A stretch of DNA of 64,000 nucleotides from Octopus sinensis (GCF_006345805.1 NC_042999.1:8866001-8930000); one strand, 5' to 3'; numbered from the stretch's first letter, positions 1 through 13,300 are shown. Numbers and translations: made by a program. The notes: generated by a model not told the origin, from the letters alone.

Positions 1-43
1 TTGTATTTGCTATTTTTTCACCACAGGTATATCATACATACAT

Positions 44-44
<1 letters not shown>

Positions 45-75
<31 letters not shown>

Positions 76-179
76 GGGAGATCAATAGAACGATTGACCG
101 ATCGATAGATAGATAGATAGACAGAGAGACAGACAGATAGATAGGTAGACATAGAGACAGATAGGTAGATAGATAGATG

Positions 180-271
<92 letters not shown>
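45..271. repeat. (AG)n/(TAGA)n compound microsatellite
   Basis: Direct reading; source of the IYLS-type spurious ORF. Confidence 0.95.
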
Positions 272-1170
272 TATGTTATAGCTTGCCATCTGATGTCTGA
301 TGTATTTTTGCCTTTATAAATATATGTTCGTATAATATCGAAAGAAAAAACAAGTAAAAAAAACCTCTTTGATTAAAAACGTTTATCTTGCCTTTGTTTC
401 CATAGAAACTATAATTAGGTTTTCCTGCTTCTTGACCGGCGATGTCGTCTGCTAACAGATTTAAACTACTTCATTTACGATATTGTTTAGCATTGAAGTT
501 AAGTCGCTTTCGTCCACCTCACTCGGTAAAAGCAATGCCGTTTAAAAATAACCTCAAACTCTTACAACGAGAAGCATTTCTTTAAGCTCTTGAATTACAA
601 GATAACCATTATAAGGTTAGCTACAAGTCGATTTCCGAGCTAGTTTGACAAGGAACTCAGTTCGATATTCAACTCTACCGTAAAATTTCTGAAGTGCAAC
701 GTTCATTGGCGAATTAAAGTGCAAACAGTAAAATACCACCTTCAATCAATGAGTTGAAATAGTTCTGTAAACGAACTAATATAGACCATAAAATAGCTAA
801 TATTTGCGCTCGCCTATAAATTTCAGACTCATTAAGTTTTTCATATTAGTAGAATGTCAGTGCTTTTGTTAAGTGCAGAATATAGATAAAAATACAAAGT
901 AATTCCGATATTGAAGTAAGTGTTGTGTGCCTTAAAGAATGTTTGTGTGACATTAAGCTTTTCAAAGTCAACACTTTTTGAACTGGCGAACAAGAGAGAA
1001 GCTGCCGGTGAGTGAAGACAAGCAGAACGTTACTGAAAAAGAAAATAAATAAATGGAGAAAATAGAGATGAAAAATGATTGAGAAAAAGTTGTTAAAAAG
1101 CTGCTTGGTAATGGCTTAACGCTTAGAGTCCTCAAATTCGAATGACGTCAAGTTTTCAGATTTATTTTAT

Positions 1171-1566
1171 TACTAGCAGTATTGCCCGGCGTTGCTCGGG
1201 TTTGTTTCGACCCTTTAGAATTGGAATTTTTGAAAAGTAAAAATTTTGCATTATGTAGCGTGTTATTTTCTTTAAGTGAACATTTTTCTGGTTGAAATAC
1301 ACCGAAAAATGGAGACACAGCAGTCAAAAATCGTAAAAAATAGGGATTTTCATAGAAAAAAAAAGCACCTTTTTGATGTAGATAAGTTTTGGTGTTAACA
1401 TGGTCCGATTTGAAATGTTTCTTCTACGGAATGAAGAGCAAGCCTTTTTCTATCATACTCTCAATTTTAGTCAACTTGCGCCGCAGGGTCTCGGAGGAGA
1501 TAGTGTTAGTTGAAGGCTACCAAACCTGCCATACACAGACAACTTCAGCTTTATATAGAGAGAGAT
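1171..1566 (+). mobile_element. Non-autonomous Helitron-like element (HINE; Lep1/DINE-1 type), copy 1
   Basis: Starts TACTAGCAGTATTGCCCGGCGTTGCTCGGG (short subterminal hairpin) and ends CAGACAACTTCAGCTTTATATAGAGAGAT. Diverged copy at 43397-43790 (-). Class assigned from recalled terminal architecture. Confidence 0.6.
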
Positions 1567-1944
1567 TTCTCTTACAACTTGACCATGAAGTAAAATAGTT
1601 TGTTTCAGCATATCCCCACTAGTCCTGCTTCAGAGTAGTCTTTCACCATTTTATCTTCCGAGATCACGAAATATTTTCTTGGCTCGCTCTGAAAAATATA
1701 AGTTGAGTATACACCCCGCTACACACACACACAAAGACTTGCATACACATACTTTTAACGTTCTGGCTTCGTGTCTCATAACAAGAACTAATATATTTTG
1801 TCCATTTTAAGTGTTATGACGGCATCTATTGAGAAAAGTATTGATTCTGATAGATTTGTTTAGTTCCATACATTGATTAAAATGAAAATATTGTCACGCT
1901 CAAATTAACGTTCATTTCTACAGCGATGGTTAGATATGGGCCTC

Positions 1945-2509
1945 TAATATTTCTTTCTACTATAGGCACAAGCCCTGAAATCTGGTGGAAGGAGTCTAGT
2001 GGATTACATCAACCCCAGTACTCGAAAGAATGAACGGCAAAGTCTACCTGGACAGAGTTGGAACTAAGAGCGTTAAAGACGGACGAAATACCTGTTTCTT
2101 TACTACCCACAAGGGGCTAAACATAGAGAGGACAAAAAAGGACAGACAAACGGATTAAGTCGATTATATCGACCCCAGTGCGTAACTGGTACTTAATTTA
2201 TCGATACCGAAAGGATGAAAGGCAAAGTCGACCTCGGCAGAATTTGAACTCAGAACGTAGCGGCAGACGAAATACCTTTTTCTTTACTACCCACAAGGGG
2301 CTAAACACAGAGACGATAAACAAGGACAGACAAACGGATTAAGTCGAGTATATCGACCCCAGTGCGAAACTGGTACTTAATTTATCGATTCCGAAAGGAT
2401 CAAAGGCAAAGTCTACCTCGGCGGAATTTGAACTCAGAACGTAACGGCAGCCGAAATACGGCTACGCATTTCGCCCGGCGTGCTAACGTTTCTGGCAGCT
2501 CGCCGCCTT
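1945..2509 (-). mobile_element. tRNA-derived SINE family A, head-to-tail trimer
   Basis: Head GGCGGCGAGCTG..GTTAGC..GTTCTGAGTTCAAATTCC, core GTCGACTTTGCCTTTCATCCTTTCGG..GATAAATTAAGTACCAG, three tandem units of about 183 bp. Confidence 0.9.
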
Positions 2510-2913
2510 ACATGTGCCTCTAATATTGTTATCTTCTGATTTTCTTTGGCAGCAATTAACAATGAATTCAAGTAACGAAACAAAGATTTGATTTGTTCAC
2601 TGCTATAGATTGTCGCAATAAGTTGAAAACGTGACTCGGTTACTATTCCAGATGGAAACTGCGTTCCTTCTCACCCTGTCGTTTTGCCTGAGTAGTACAT
2701 GGTTGTCACTAAGTTCTACTTTGTTATAGTGTAGACGCAAGGAAAAAAAAGGTACGCACTAATGATCTTTTGTAGGAAATGGAAGAAGTCACCAAGGCTA
2801 AAACAGGAGCTCTAGTCTGGATTCTTGCAAAAGATTCTCTCTCCACCTCGTCTGAACGTGAATAATCTCAATATAATCCTATTGAGTTCTTTCATAGAAT
2901 TTCGCGTACTTAC

Positions 2914-2963
2914 TCTACGTCTCACCCACTCAGGACGGCCACCCCACGTATCACGATCGATTG
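2914..2963 (-). CDS. Candidate 50-nt coding exon (xIDRDTWGGRPEWVRRR)
   Basis: TTTGTAG acceptor, GA|GTAAGT donor, open in phase 1 to 0, GC-rich. Phase-compatible with the exon at 16025-16168. Weak pyrimidine tract. Confidence 0.3.
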
Positions 2964-3000
2964 CTACAAATTTGTGATGGCATCGTATGTATAAAAGTAT

Positions 3001-3330
3001 TCATTTCATTTCATTTCATTTCATTTGAGTTTGAGTCCATGCTCAGGCCAAGTCGAAGACTCCACCCTCAGGGTCTGGTGTGGTTGCCAGGTTGTATTCT
3101 CTGTTTAATTTTGACATGTGTAGGAGCGAGTTTGAGTCAGTTTGTGCTCGTTGTGTATATCCTGGGAGATGGGGTTCATCTCTAATGGTGCTTAAGTATC
3201 TATCCAGCTGCAATTTGAATGATTCCACACTGCATCCTGATAGATTTCTGACATGTACCGGAATGGAGTTGAATAGTTGTGCTCCTCGAACCAACAGACT
3301 TGACTCTCGCAGGGTTTTTTATTCGATATT
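3001..3330 (-). mobile_element. 3' end of a CR1/L2-group LINE
   Basis: Translates RGAQLFNSIPVHVRNLSGCSVESFKLQLDRYLSTIRDEPHLPGY..SNSLLHM, a typical post-RT C-terminus; (TGAAA)n tail at 3001-3025. Confidence 0.75.
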
Positions 3331-4134
3331 AAAAGTGATCATTAAACTTTATACGAATGACATAGAAAACGTAGTATTTTTTAAAAAAATTGGATATTTG
3401 AAAACAGGCAATGGTCTCGATGTTAAAAGAAATTACAGCGTTGAGACACAAAGTGATAAAGGGCCAGATACAGAGGAAATATCCATCAGGGGAGTTCGTT
3501 ATTAATGTTAGTGTAAATCGATCGTTAAATGTTTTATGAGTGTATGTGTGTGTGTGTATGTGTGCGCATGCGTGTGTTTGTGCACAAGGTGTGAATATGA
3601 TTTGTTTGTATGAGTGGGTGGGGTTTTATGATTGTGATTAAGTAGGAAAAACACACAAAAAAAATCATCATCACTTTAGCATTGGATGTGAGTAGTGGAA
3701 GAGTGATGTAGTTTTATGTGTTGGAAAGAGAAGTTGGAAGGAGAGAAAGGGAGAGAAGTAGAGACAGGGGAAGAGATTGGAGGTGGGAAAGGGAGTGATG
3801 ACGTGCACAAGTACAAATCTGTTGTAGGAAATAAACGAGTGAATGAGGAAAGAGAGGAAGAGCGTAGGAGGAGAGAAAATAGAACGGGAATTGGTTGAAT
3901 AATCTATTGATTGGTGGCTTGAGTAAAAAAAAAAATTCATTGTTTTGTAGAAGTAAAGACAATTTCACTGACCCTAGTATATTGCTGGTACGGTATTTAT
4001 ATTGACTCTAAATGTATTGAAATCGTAGATCGATCTGTCAATCTGGGTGGTGTCCCAGAACTGAGTGTAAGGGATGGAAATACTGGAAGGTTTTCACTTA
4101 TGCGAAACGTTTTACTGTTTATAAATCAGAGTAA

Positions 4135-4508
4135 AATATTCTTTTCTACTGGGGGCTAGTCGATCGGATAGACCCAGTACGCTGCTGGTACTTAATTTAT
4201 CGACCCCGAAAGGATGAAAGGAAAAGTCGACCTCGGCGGAATTTGAACTCAGAATGTAAGGACAGACGAAATACCTATTTCTTTACTACCCACAAGGGGC
4301 TAAACACAGAGGGGACGAACAAGGACAGACAAACGGATTAAATCGATTATATCGACCCCAGTGCGTAACTGGTACTTATTTAATCGACCCCGAAAGGATG
4401 AAAGGCAAAGTCGACCTCGGCGGAATTTGAACTCAGAACGTAACGGCAGACGAAATACCGCTAAGCATTTCGCCTGACGTGCTAACGATTCTGCCACCTT
4501 GTCGCCTT
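4135..4508 (-). mobile_element. SINE family A dimer
   Basis: Same head and core; two tandem units. Confidence 0.9.
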
Positions 4509-4517
4509 GTTGTTGAA

Positions 4518-4689
4518 TAATATTCTTTTCTACTCTAGGCACAAGGCCTGAAAGTTTGAGGGAGAGGCCAGTCGATTAGATCTGGTACTTAATTTATCGA
4601 TCCCGAAAGGATGAAATGCAAAGTCGACCTCAGTAGAATTTGAACTCATTTTGTCCGGCGTGCTAACGTTTCTACCAGCTCGCCGCCTT
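4518..4689 (-). mobile_element. SINE family A monomer (alternative tail)
   Basis: Head and core, with tail ..CAGGCCTTGTGCCTAGAGTAGAAAAGAATATT. Confidence 0.85.
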
Positions 4690-4872
4690 AGAGGAAAATA
4701 TTGTAGCAATAGTAACGAACTAAAGGAAAATGGAAACGGAGAGTTTGGCATTGCATCTATAGTTTTATAGAATGCAGTGATAAAGTAACGGTCAGATCGT
4801 TTTCAATATTGAATTCTAGCTCTCACAGTTTCTCTTTTCATACATACATCCACACATACATACATACATACA

Positions 4873-4908
<36 letters not shown>

Positions 4909-5240
4909 TGCACACATACATACACACACACACACATACATACATACATACATAGATACATACATACATACATAAATAAATATATACATGAATACATATT
5001 ATATATAAAGATATATTATATATGTATATTATTCAGTGAAAAAGACCAGTGTAACTAGGAGATGCGACCATGAATTTACTAAAGTGGTTGATGATGGACT
5101 TCAACCTCAGACCTTACCTTACTGTAACCTGGAGTTCTTTACTAATCTCAAAACAATTTGTTAGTCTAGTATACTTGAATAGATAGAGAGATTGTAAAGT
5201 ATTTTGCCCGCATTGGCAATTCCTTATCAATATACATATG

Positions 5241-5277
<37 letters not shown>

Positions 5278-5290
5278 TAATATACACATC

Positions 5291-5709
5291 AGGAGTCGTT
5301 GTGTGGTAGGTAGTTTGCTTACCAACCACATGGTTCCGGGTTCAGTCCCACTGCGTGGCACTTTGGTCAAGTGACTTGTACTATACTCTCGGGCCGACCA
5401 AAGCCTTGTGAGTGTATTTGGTAGACGGAGACTGAAAGAAGCCCGTCGTATATATATATATGTGTGTGTGTGTGTATTAATATATATATATATAGATGTA
5501 TATGTTTGTGTGCCTGTGTTTGTCCCCCCAACATCGCTTGACGACCGATGCTGGTGTGTTTACGTCCCCGTCACTTAGCGGTTCGGCAAGAAACACCGAT
5601 AGAATAAGTACTAGGCATACAAAGTATAAGTCCTGGGATCGATTTGTTCGACTAAAGGCGGTGCTCCAGCATGGCCGCAGTCAAATGACTGAAATAAATG
5701 AAAGAAAAG
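5291..5709 (+). mobile_element. tRNA-derived SINE family B
   Basis: Head GTTGTGTGGTA..CCACATGGTTCCGGGTTCAGTCCC, internal (TA)/(TG) tract, tail ..GGTGCTCCAGCATGGCCGCAGTCAAATGACTGAAA. Confidence 0.9.
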
Positions 5710-6163
5710 AAAATGTCGATGTGCCTTGATTCCTAATGAATGTTTATAACTATGAGCTTCTGAAATGGCCATTGATGTATTTGAATTGACTTTGTGGAAG
5801 TCTGTTTGCGCATGACCTCTAACCTACCATGGTTTTAAATATTGAACTTTGGACGTACTCTTGTGTGAGGAGAGTAAAAAAAATTGTTTTATAATATTTT
5901 TAATAGTTTGATAAAACATTCTTCGTCGTTTGATATTTTATCTTAGCTTATGGTTTTTCTTTTCTTTTTTGCAGTATGGCACACTTTTGAATTTCTAGTC
6001 GTTTATTTACCTTTTTGATAGGCCGTTCTATTTCTATTTTATTCACATATATATTTTTATCTTGTGTGTTTTTATGTATATGTATATCATTTTCTATAAT
6101 GGTGATATTTATATATGATTAAATGTTTTAGGTATTAAGTGGTTTGTTTTTATGAACAATGCT

Positions 6164-6247
<84 letters not shown>

Positions 6248-6926
6248 ATTATATATATATAGATGTATATGTTTGTGTGCCTGTGTTTGTCCCCCCAACA
6301 TCGCTTGACGACCGATGCTGGTGTGTTTACGCCCCCGTCACTTAGCGGTTCGGCAAGAAACACCGATAGAATAAGTACTAGGCATACAAAGTATAAGTCC
6401 TGGGATCGATTTGTTCGACTAAAGGCGGTGCTCCAGCATGGCCGCAGTCAAATGACTGAAATAAATGAAAGAAAAGAAAATGTCGATGTGCCTTGATTCC
6501 TAATGAATGTTTATAACTATGAGCTTCTGAAATGGCCATTGATGTATTTGAATTGACTTTGTGGAAGTCTGTTTGCGCATGACCTCTAACCTACCATGGT
6601 TTTAAATATTGAACTTTGGACGTACTCTTGTGTGAGGAGAGTAAAAAAAAATTGTTTTATAATATTTTTAATAGTTTGATAAAACATTCTTCGTCGTTTG
6701 ATATTTTATCTTAGCTTATGGTTTTCTTTTCTTTTTTGCAGTATGGCACACTTTTGATTTCTAGTCGTTTATTTACCTTTTTGATAGGCCGTTCTATTTG
6801 TATTTATTCACATATATATTTTTATCTTGTTTGTTTTTATGTATATGTATATCATTTTCTATAATGGTGATATTTATATATGATTAAATGTTTTAGGTAT
6901 TAAGTGGTTTGTTTTTATGAACAATG

Positions 6927-6960
<34 letters not shown>
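5460..6960 (+). repeat. Near-identical tandem duplication, period about 767 bp
   Basis: The 3' half of SINE B plus about 500 bp of flank occurs twice (about 5480-6170 and 6245-6935), bounded by (TA)/(TG) tracts. Confidence 0.9.
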
Positions 6961-6969
<9 letters not shown>

Positions 6970-7114
6970 AATATAAGAGTGGTCACTATATGGCTCACTC
7001 TAGCACTAGTTAATCCAAAAGGTTTCAACCACAAAAATATATGTTTCCCATGAAAGTCGGTACGATTGTTAGCTCACACGAAAGGGCAAAAAAAATAACA
7101 AAAATACAGATTAT

Positions 7115-7193
7115 TTTGGGACAATGTTTCGCTATTAATGAATTAAATGTAATTTTACTTACAAAAAGATCCACTTGTAGCTCCTCAGCCAAA
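7115..7193 (-). ncRNA. Type I hammerhead ribozyme, inverted copy
   Basis: As 7857-7936, but helix III reads GAAAC-ATT-GTC (one A missing). Confidence 0.7.
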
Positions 7194-7856
7194 ACTATCT
7201 GGATGAAATCCACTCAATCACACGCCAGATTTTACCATAACGATAAATACACGTGTGGTTCAATTGATTACATCCGACGTTGTAATTCAAATGCCCCTAC
7301 TAACAGCGCGCCAAACTTTCACGGAAAACAAATACCACATTTAGAAATATGTAGCATAATTATAATTAATTAATAAGGGTGAGAGAATTAGATACTAATT
7401 TAATAGTATATCTATTCAACACCAAGTGGCCCAGTGCTCCGAGAAACCTGGATTATTATAATATTTTATAATATATTATAATATATTTTTGTGGTTGAAA
7501 CCTTTTGGATTGACTAGTGCTAGAGTGAGCCATATAGTGACCACTCTCTTATATTTATTTTGTAAAAATATTATAATATATTATAAAATATTATAATAAT
7601 CCAGGTTTCTCGGAGCACTGGGCCACTTGGTGTTGAATAGATATACTATTAAATTAGTATCTAATTCTCTCACCCTTATTAATTAATTATAATTATGCTA
7701 CATATTTCTAAATGTGGTATTTGTTTTCCGTGAAAGTTGGCGCGCTGTTAGTAGGGGCATTTGATTATAACGTCGGATGTAATCAATTGAACCACACGTG
7801 TATTTATCGTTATGGTAAAATCTGGCGTGTGATTGAGTGGATTTCATCCAGATAGT

Positions 7857-7936
7857 TTTGGCTGAGGAGCTACAAGTGGATCTTTTTGTAAGTAAAATTA
7901 CATTTAATTCATTAATAGCGAAACAATTGTCCCAAA
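7857..7936 (+). ncRNA. Type I hammerhead ribozyme
   Basis: TTTGG-CTGAGGA-GCTA-(43 nt)-TAGC-GAAAC-AATT-GTC-CCAAA: helix I 5 bp, helix II 4 bp with G-C closing pair, palindromic ACAATTGT helix III, GUC site. Confidence 0.85.
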
Positions 7937-8331
7937 TAATCTGTATTTTTGTTATTTTTTATTTGTCCTGTTCGTGTGAGCTAACAATCGTACCGACTTT
8001 CATGGGAAACATATATTTTTGTGATTGAAACCTTTTGGATTAACTAGTGCTAGAGTGAGCCATATAGTGACCACTTTCTTATATTTATTTTGTAAAAATA
8101 TTATAATATATTATAAAATATTATAATAATCCAGGTTTCTCGGAGCACTGGGCCACTTGGTGTTGAATAGATATACTATTAAATTAGTATCTAATTCTCT
8201 CACCCTTATTAATTAATTATATATACATATATATATATACACACACACACATATATATATATACATACACACATATACATATGTACATACAACATATACA
8301 TACATACACACATATACATATACATACACAC

Positions 8332-8405
<74 letters not shown>

Positions 8406-9734
8406 GTGTGTATGTATATATATGTGTATATCAAAATATATTGTGTGTGTTTGTGACTGAGAGGTGTTTTATATTGCAATGATAAAGTCATAATATATCA
8501 TGAAGAAATAAATTTGATGTCAAATATTTTCAATTTAATTATAAGATTACAGAAAGGTGACACGAAAGAGATAAATAAATTAGTACCTACAGTCATACAC
8601 ACACACACACACACGCTCACACACACACACTCACACGCTCACACACACACACACACACGTATAGCTGCGTAAATGGAGGGGAAAAACCGGGAGGAACGAT
8701 GACGACAACAGCGTTGGATAATTAAATATGCTTCAAGGGACGAGGCATAATTTCTCAACTGGACTGAACTACTATAAATGGAGATGCAATGCATTGTGCG
8801 AAGGTGAATGGATTTCTGTAGGAATTTACGACATAAGATTTGTGTAAGTACAATATATTTCAAAGTAACTGAAGAATTTCAGTGAAGGAAATGTAATTCT
8901 TGAATTGAAAACGATTTTTAATATAACAAAATTTTCTGCTTCATTAACGCCGAAGATTTTATATTTTGTAGTTTACACAGTCAGATTGAAGATATTTTTC
9001 TCAATATGAACAGAATCAGATCTCTCATTCTACCAAGATTCATTTTGAATAAATAATTCACTAGGGTACCACTACAGCATGGGTTGTTGATATTCATTTT
9101 ATATCACTGGTGGAACTAAAACAGTTGAGTAAGTGTTTGCTAAAATAAAATTTCTGCATCATAATATGTTGCTGCAATTGCTGTTGTTGATGATGTTGCT
9201 GATGATGATGAAGATGTTGAGATGGTGATTATGAGGATGATATCAATACCAACCCCGACAATGAGAGAGTCTCAACTCGGTCAGACACCCCTCCATAAAT
9301 GTCTCACTGGACGCCTCTCGTTGCCTTCTCAGCATTTGTACAAATGTAAATACCAAATTAGATAAAAGCCATTCTAGTCGCAAAACAACAAACCGTCTAC
9401 GTTCTTAGAAAAAATGAAAGAAGAAACAAAACACAAATAGAAGAAGCAAACAAATAAGATGAAGCCACATGAATTTTAACTCAGCCATCATTTTAACTCA
9501 TATCGCCAGAAGCAAATTTACTGTTTGAAACATGATAGTTTTAGAGAATACGATCTGACTAACGTCTTTATCATAATGGTGCTTTATATGTAAATATATT
9601 TGTCTGTGTGAAGAAAATGATGCCAGTTCTTCATCTCACGACTTACCAGCTTCTTATGTATGTCACATGTTTATACGGCCGCTTGCAACAACCATTTCTC
9701 AAAAGAAATGAAATCGAAAATAGAGAGCGTGGAA

Positions 9735-9736
<2 letters not shown>

Positions 9737-9822
<86 letters not shown>

Positions 9823-9918
9823 AATCTACCTCATAATTTTTTTTTTTTCTCTCTCTCTCTCTTTTCTTTCTCTCTCGCTTTTCCTCTTTCTCTCTCTCTC
9901 GTTCTCTCTTTCTCTCTC
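9737..9918. repeat. (TATC)n and (CT)n microsatellites
   Basis: Direct reading. Confidence 0.95.
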
Positions 9919-9967
9919 TATATATATACATACATATACATATGTACATACACATATATACATATAT

Positions 9968-10168
9968 AAAGGGAAAGTTTACGAAATTATACAAAAGACG
10001 AAGGCAGGTGGAGTACAAACAAACAAATGTATTAGTATAGCGCTCAGGAATAGAAAGAGAAAAAGTCTTTTACGTTTCGAGCCTACGCTCTTCGACAGAA
10101 AGATACACAGAAAAAAAACAAGGAGAGAAAAAAATGCGTGTAGGAGCTAACGATCTATCATGGCGTCC
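9968..10168 (-). mobile_element. PLE-like 3' remnant with variant HHR (CUGUCGA) at 10066-10103
   Basis: TCTTT-CTGTCGA-A-GAGC-GTAG-GCTC-GAAAC-GTA-AAAGA; sits in (TA)n. Confidence 0.6.
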
Positions 10169-10173
10169 TATAC

Positions 10174-10218
<45 letters not shown>

Positions 10219-10254
10219 GTGTGTGTGTGTGTGTGTGTGTGTGTACATACATAC

Positions 10255-10340
10255 AATCATATTCTCACTATGTTTATTTCCGCGTGTTCTTTTCTGTCGA
10301 AGAGCGTAGGCTCGAAACGTAAAAGACTTTCTCACCTTAT
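10255..10340 (+). mobile_element. Second copy of the CUGUCGA HHR family (motif 10290-10325)
   Basis: CTGTCGAAGAGCGTAGGCTCGAAACGTAAAAGAC; between (TG)/(TA) tracts. Confidence 0.6.
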
Positions 10341-10341
10341 A

Positions 10342-10385
<44 letters not shown>

Positions 10386-10848
10386 TATTACATGTATCGT
10401 AAAGGAGATGTTGTCCTCTTCTGCCAAAACACAGCAGCGATGGACACGCTCACGTACGAATCTACCGGTAAGTATTTAAGATAAATCTGCAAGCCAGAGT
10501 GTGCGTAGCTTGTTCCTTCCTATTTCTTTCCTCATTTAAAAATATTCAGTGAAATTTCTCGCAGCTCTACAGAACAAGTGATTCGATATATTAAAGTGAA
10601 TGATGATTTTGTAAATCGAACCACAAGAGATCTATCATTTATGACGTATATCCACACATGTTTCTCTGTAAGCAGCTTCTTATTTTAGGTTAAATATGTT
10701 ATCCATTAGTACCAAAAGTAGGATTTGAAAAATGCGATAGAAAAAATAGACACATACATATATATGGATATACACATATTTATATATACATGCATATATT
10801 CATATTTATGCATTTACACATACATGCATACATTTGCATATGTATATA

Positions 10849-10908
<60 letters not shown>

Positions 10909-11045
10909 TGTGTGTGTGTGTGTGTGAGTGTGTGTAAATGCAATATCCCTACATATCTCACATCTATTTTCTTTTATTTCCTCCACCTCACTCTCTATTT
11001 TATATCTTATCTAAATTAACTATTTCTTAATCATCCTCTCACACC

Positions 11046-11093
11046 GTCTCCGATGAAGAGCTATAATAAATATCCTTGAAACAGCTGTAAGAC
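11046..11093 (+). ncRNA. Minimal type I HHR (CCGAUGA variant) in a PLE-like remnant (about 10935-11165)
   Basis: GTCT-CCGATGA-(weak helix II)-GAAAC-AGCT-GTA-AGAC; ACAGCTGT palindrome; helix II degraded. Confidence 0.6.
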
Positions 11094-11170
11094 CTTCTAT
11101 CTATAAATGTTCTAATATCTACACAGCCTTGGTTTTTTAGCTCATTACGAAATAAAATTATTGTATATAC

Positions 11171-11203
<33 letters not shown>

Positions 11204-11714
11204 AATGTGTATAAACTATAGATATATATCTACATTTATATGCGCATGTGTGTATTCCATCTGTAAGTAGAGAGATGTTATTTCGTTGTTAAGCGCTTAA
11301 AAGAGTAAACGGAAGTGATGTTTTATGTATTAAGTCGCTCTTCTCTTTCTCCCACATAATAACCCCCACGCATTTCATTTAAATAAAAACTAATAATAAA
11401 TCTACCAACGTAATCTCTTCGTTCATTAAAGGATGTGCAACCTACGATATACAAGAGAAAAACAAAACCAAGAACCCAGCTCACTTAATACGTCAGAAAA
11501 TGATTTATTTCCTATGTTGTTTGATACCAAGCATATTTCTGCTTGAATAAGATATGAACGATTTAAACAATTCATTCATCATGTTTATATAGTGATATCA
11601 TTTCAAAATACAATTACTGTCTTTTATTATTTATTGCTTATAGCGTATATATATATATATGCTACACAAATCCCAAAAGAATATTTTTCTCCCTCGTGTT
11701 CTGACCACCACACC

Positions 11715-11758
<44 letters not shown>

Positions 11759-11864
11759 CACTCTGTCTGATGTCTGTCCCTCTCTCTTTCTCTTCCGATT
11801 ACCACTCTCTTCGGCAAGAGTTCCTCTACCACCACCACCACCACCACCACCCTATATAAAGAAG

Positions 11865-12700
11865 CGCAGAAACCTCCAGTTGTCTTCTACATCGTGTGAA
11901 GCTAAATCTCCTTCTATTTCGTCAAAGGCTTCGAGTTATACGTCTCTAAATCTTTGTCCATTCGCAGGATCTTTAAGCTTCCAGACCCTTCTCCTCCATG
12001 CTGTTCGTCTTCTGGGCATCCACTTAGCCCTGATCCTGAAGTCACTAGCTACCAGTCTATGTTGTGGGGTACATTCTTCGCCTGAGAAGGTTTTGGCATT
12101 TATAAGCAGACATCTTTCCCTTTTTCTGGCGAGGATGTAGTCAATTTGATTTGTGTGTCTGCCAGAAAGTTAGGTGACTAGGTGACTGGCAGGTTTCCTG
12201 AATTTAGTATTGCGAACCATAAGATCATTTGCATCGCAGACCTCTAGCAGCCTGGTTCCCTCCTCATTGTGGAAACCAAAACCGTAGCCTCCATGTACGT
12301 CATAGAAGCCCCCAGGATGTTGTCCAACATGCCCATTGAAGTCACCATCCACAAAGAGAAGGTCCCTGTCATTCATCAACGAGGTAGTCTGCAAGAGGGT
12401 GTCATAGAATCGGTCTTTATGTCCATCGGGTATCCCCGGTTGAGGGCATAGGCCGAGATAATGGTTACTAACCCATGATGAAGCACTATTCTAATCTTAA
12501 GTATTCTGTCGCATACTCTGACTACCTCGATTACCGTATCCACCCATTTCTCCGCAAGAAGTATACCTACGCCTCCGACCCCGTCAGTGTTCCCTGCCCA
12601 GAAAATCTTGTACCTGTTTTCTTTTCCTGTGAGGAACCCAGTGGTACCTCCTCTCCATCTTACTTCTTGGAGGCAGCACATATCGGCACTCTCTGTTCAA
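11865..12700 (-). mobile_element. RTE-clade LINE fragment, apurinic endonuclease domain (frameshifted)
   Basis: CCLQEVRW, GVGGVGILL, ISAYA, GDFNGHVG, NEEGTRLL, QIDYIL and QHRLV motifs (CFDP2/BovB-like APE). Confidence 0.9.
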
Positions 12701-13254
12701 GATAATAGGTATCAACACTTAGCCGTTCCAGTAACCTATGCTGCCGCACGACAACATCAATCATATGCGAATAACTCTCTCCTTAAATTACCCACACCAC
12801 ACTGATTCCATTGTCAATGCTCAACCAAAGAAAATACTTCTAACACCACATGTAACTGTTTCCCCCATCTGGAGTCTTTTACGGATATAATTTGGATTTT
12901 TCTATATTTATATTCTACTTATTTCTCTTTTACTGTTCTTGTATCTTCCGGTTATTTTTTCTATTATTCTTTATAATGTCTTATAATGTTTTCCTTTATC
13001 CAAGAACACTGTTCAAAGTTTTGCATTTTATATTTCATGTTACATATTGTATATTCTAGAGAACTGTTATTATTCTACGGAACTGTCAATAACTCTAGCT
13101 TTAACTTCAATATTTGGACATATTTCGCCACTGGCATCAGATTCCTTTATCACAATATTGTCTTATTTCATTGTATAATCTTCTTTTGTTGTGCTTCACG
13201 AATATAAGAATTTTTAATATTCTAAGGCCCATATTATGTGTCGATATATATATG

Positions 13255-13296
<42 letters not shown>

Positions 13297-13300
13297 TAAA

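Larger units (their letters stand above)
6965..8220 (+). mobile_element. HHR-bearing element with a 530-bp monomer: one inverted unit plus about 1.4 direct units (retrozyme/PLE pLTR-like)
   Basis: 7486-8220 repeats with period 530. 6965-7485 is the reverse complement of about 7570-8085. Flanked by (TA)n, no ORF. Confidence 0.75.

Noticed and set aside
2778-2867. Plus-strand exon EMEEVTKAKTGALVWILAK
   Set aside because: An acceptor-like site exists, but the frame ends in a stop with only a weak donor and no other support.
10395-10455. CG|GTAAGT donor after a short GC-richer patch
   Set aside because: No usable acceptor because (TA)n lies directly upstream; insufficient evidence.
13110-13150. 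CTGAT-GCC-AGT-GGC-GAAATATGTC on the minus strand
   Set aside because: The core lacks GA and there is no helix I.
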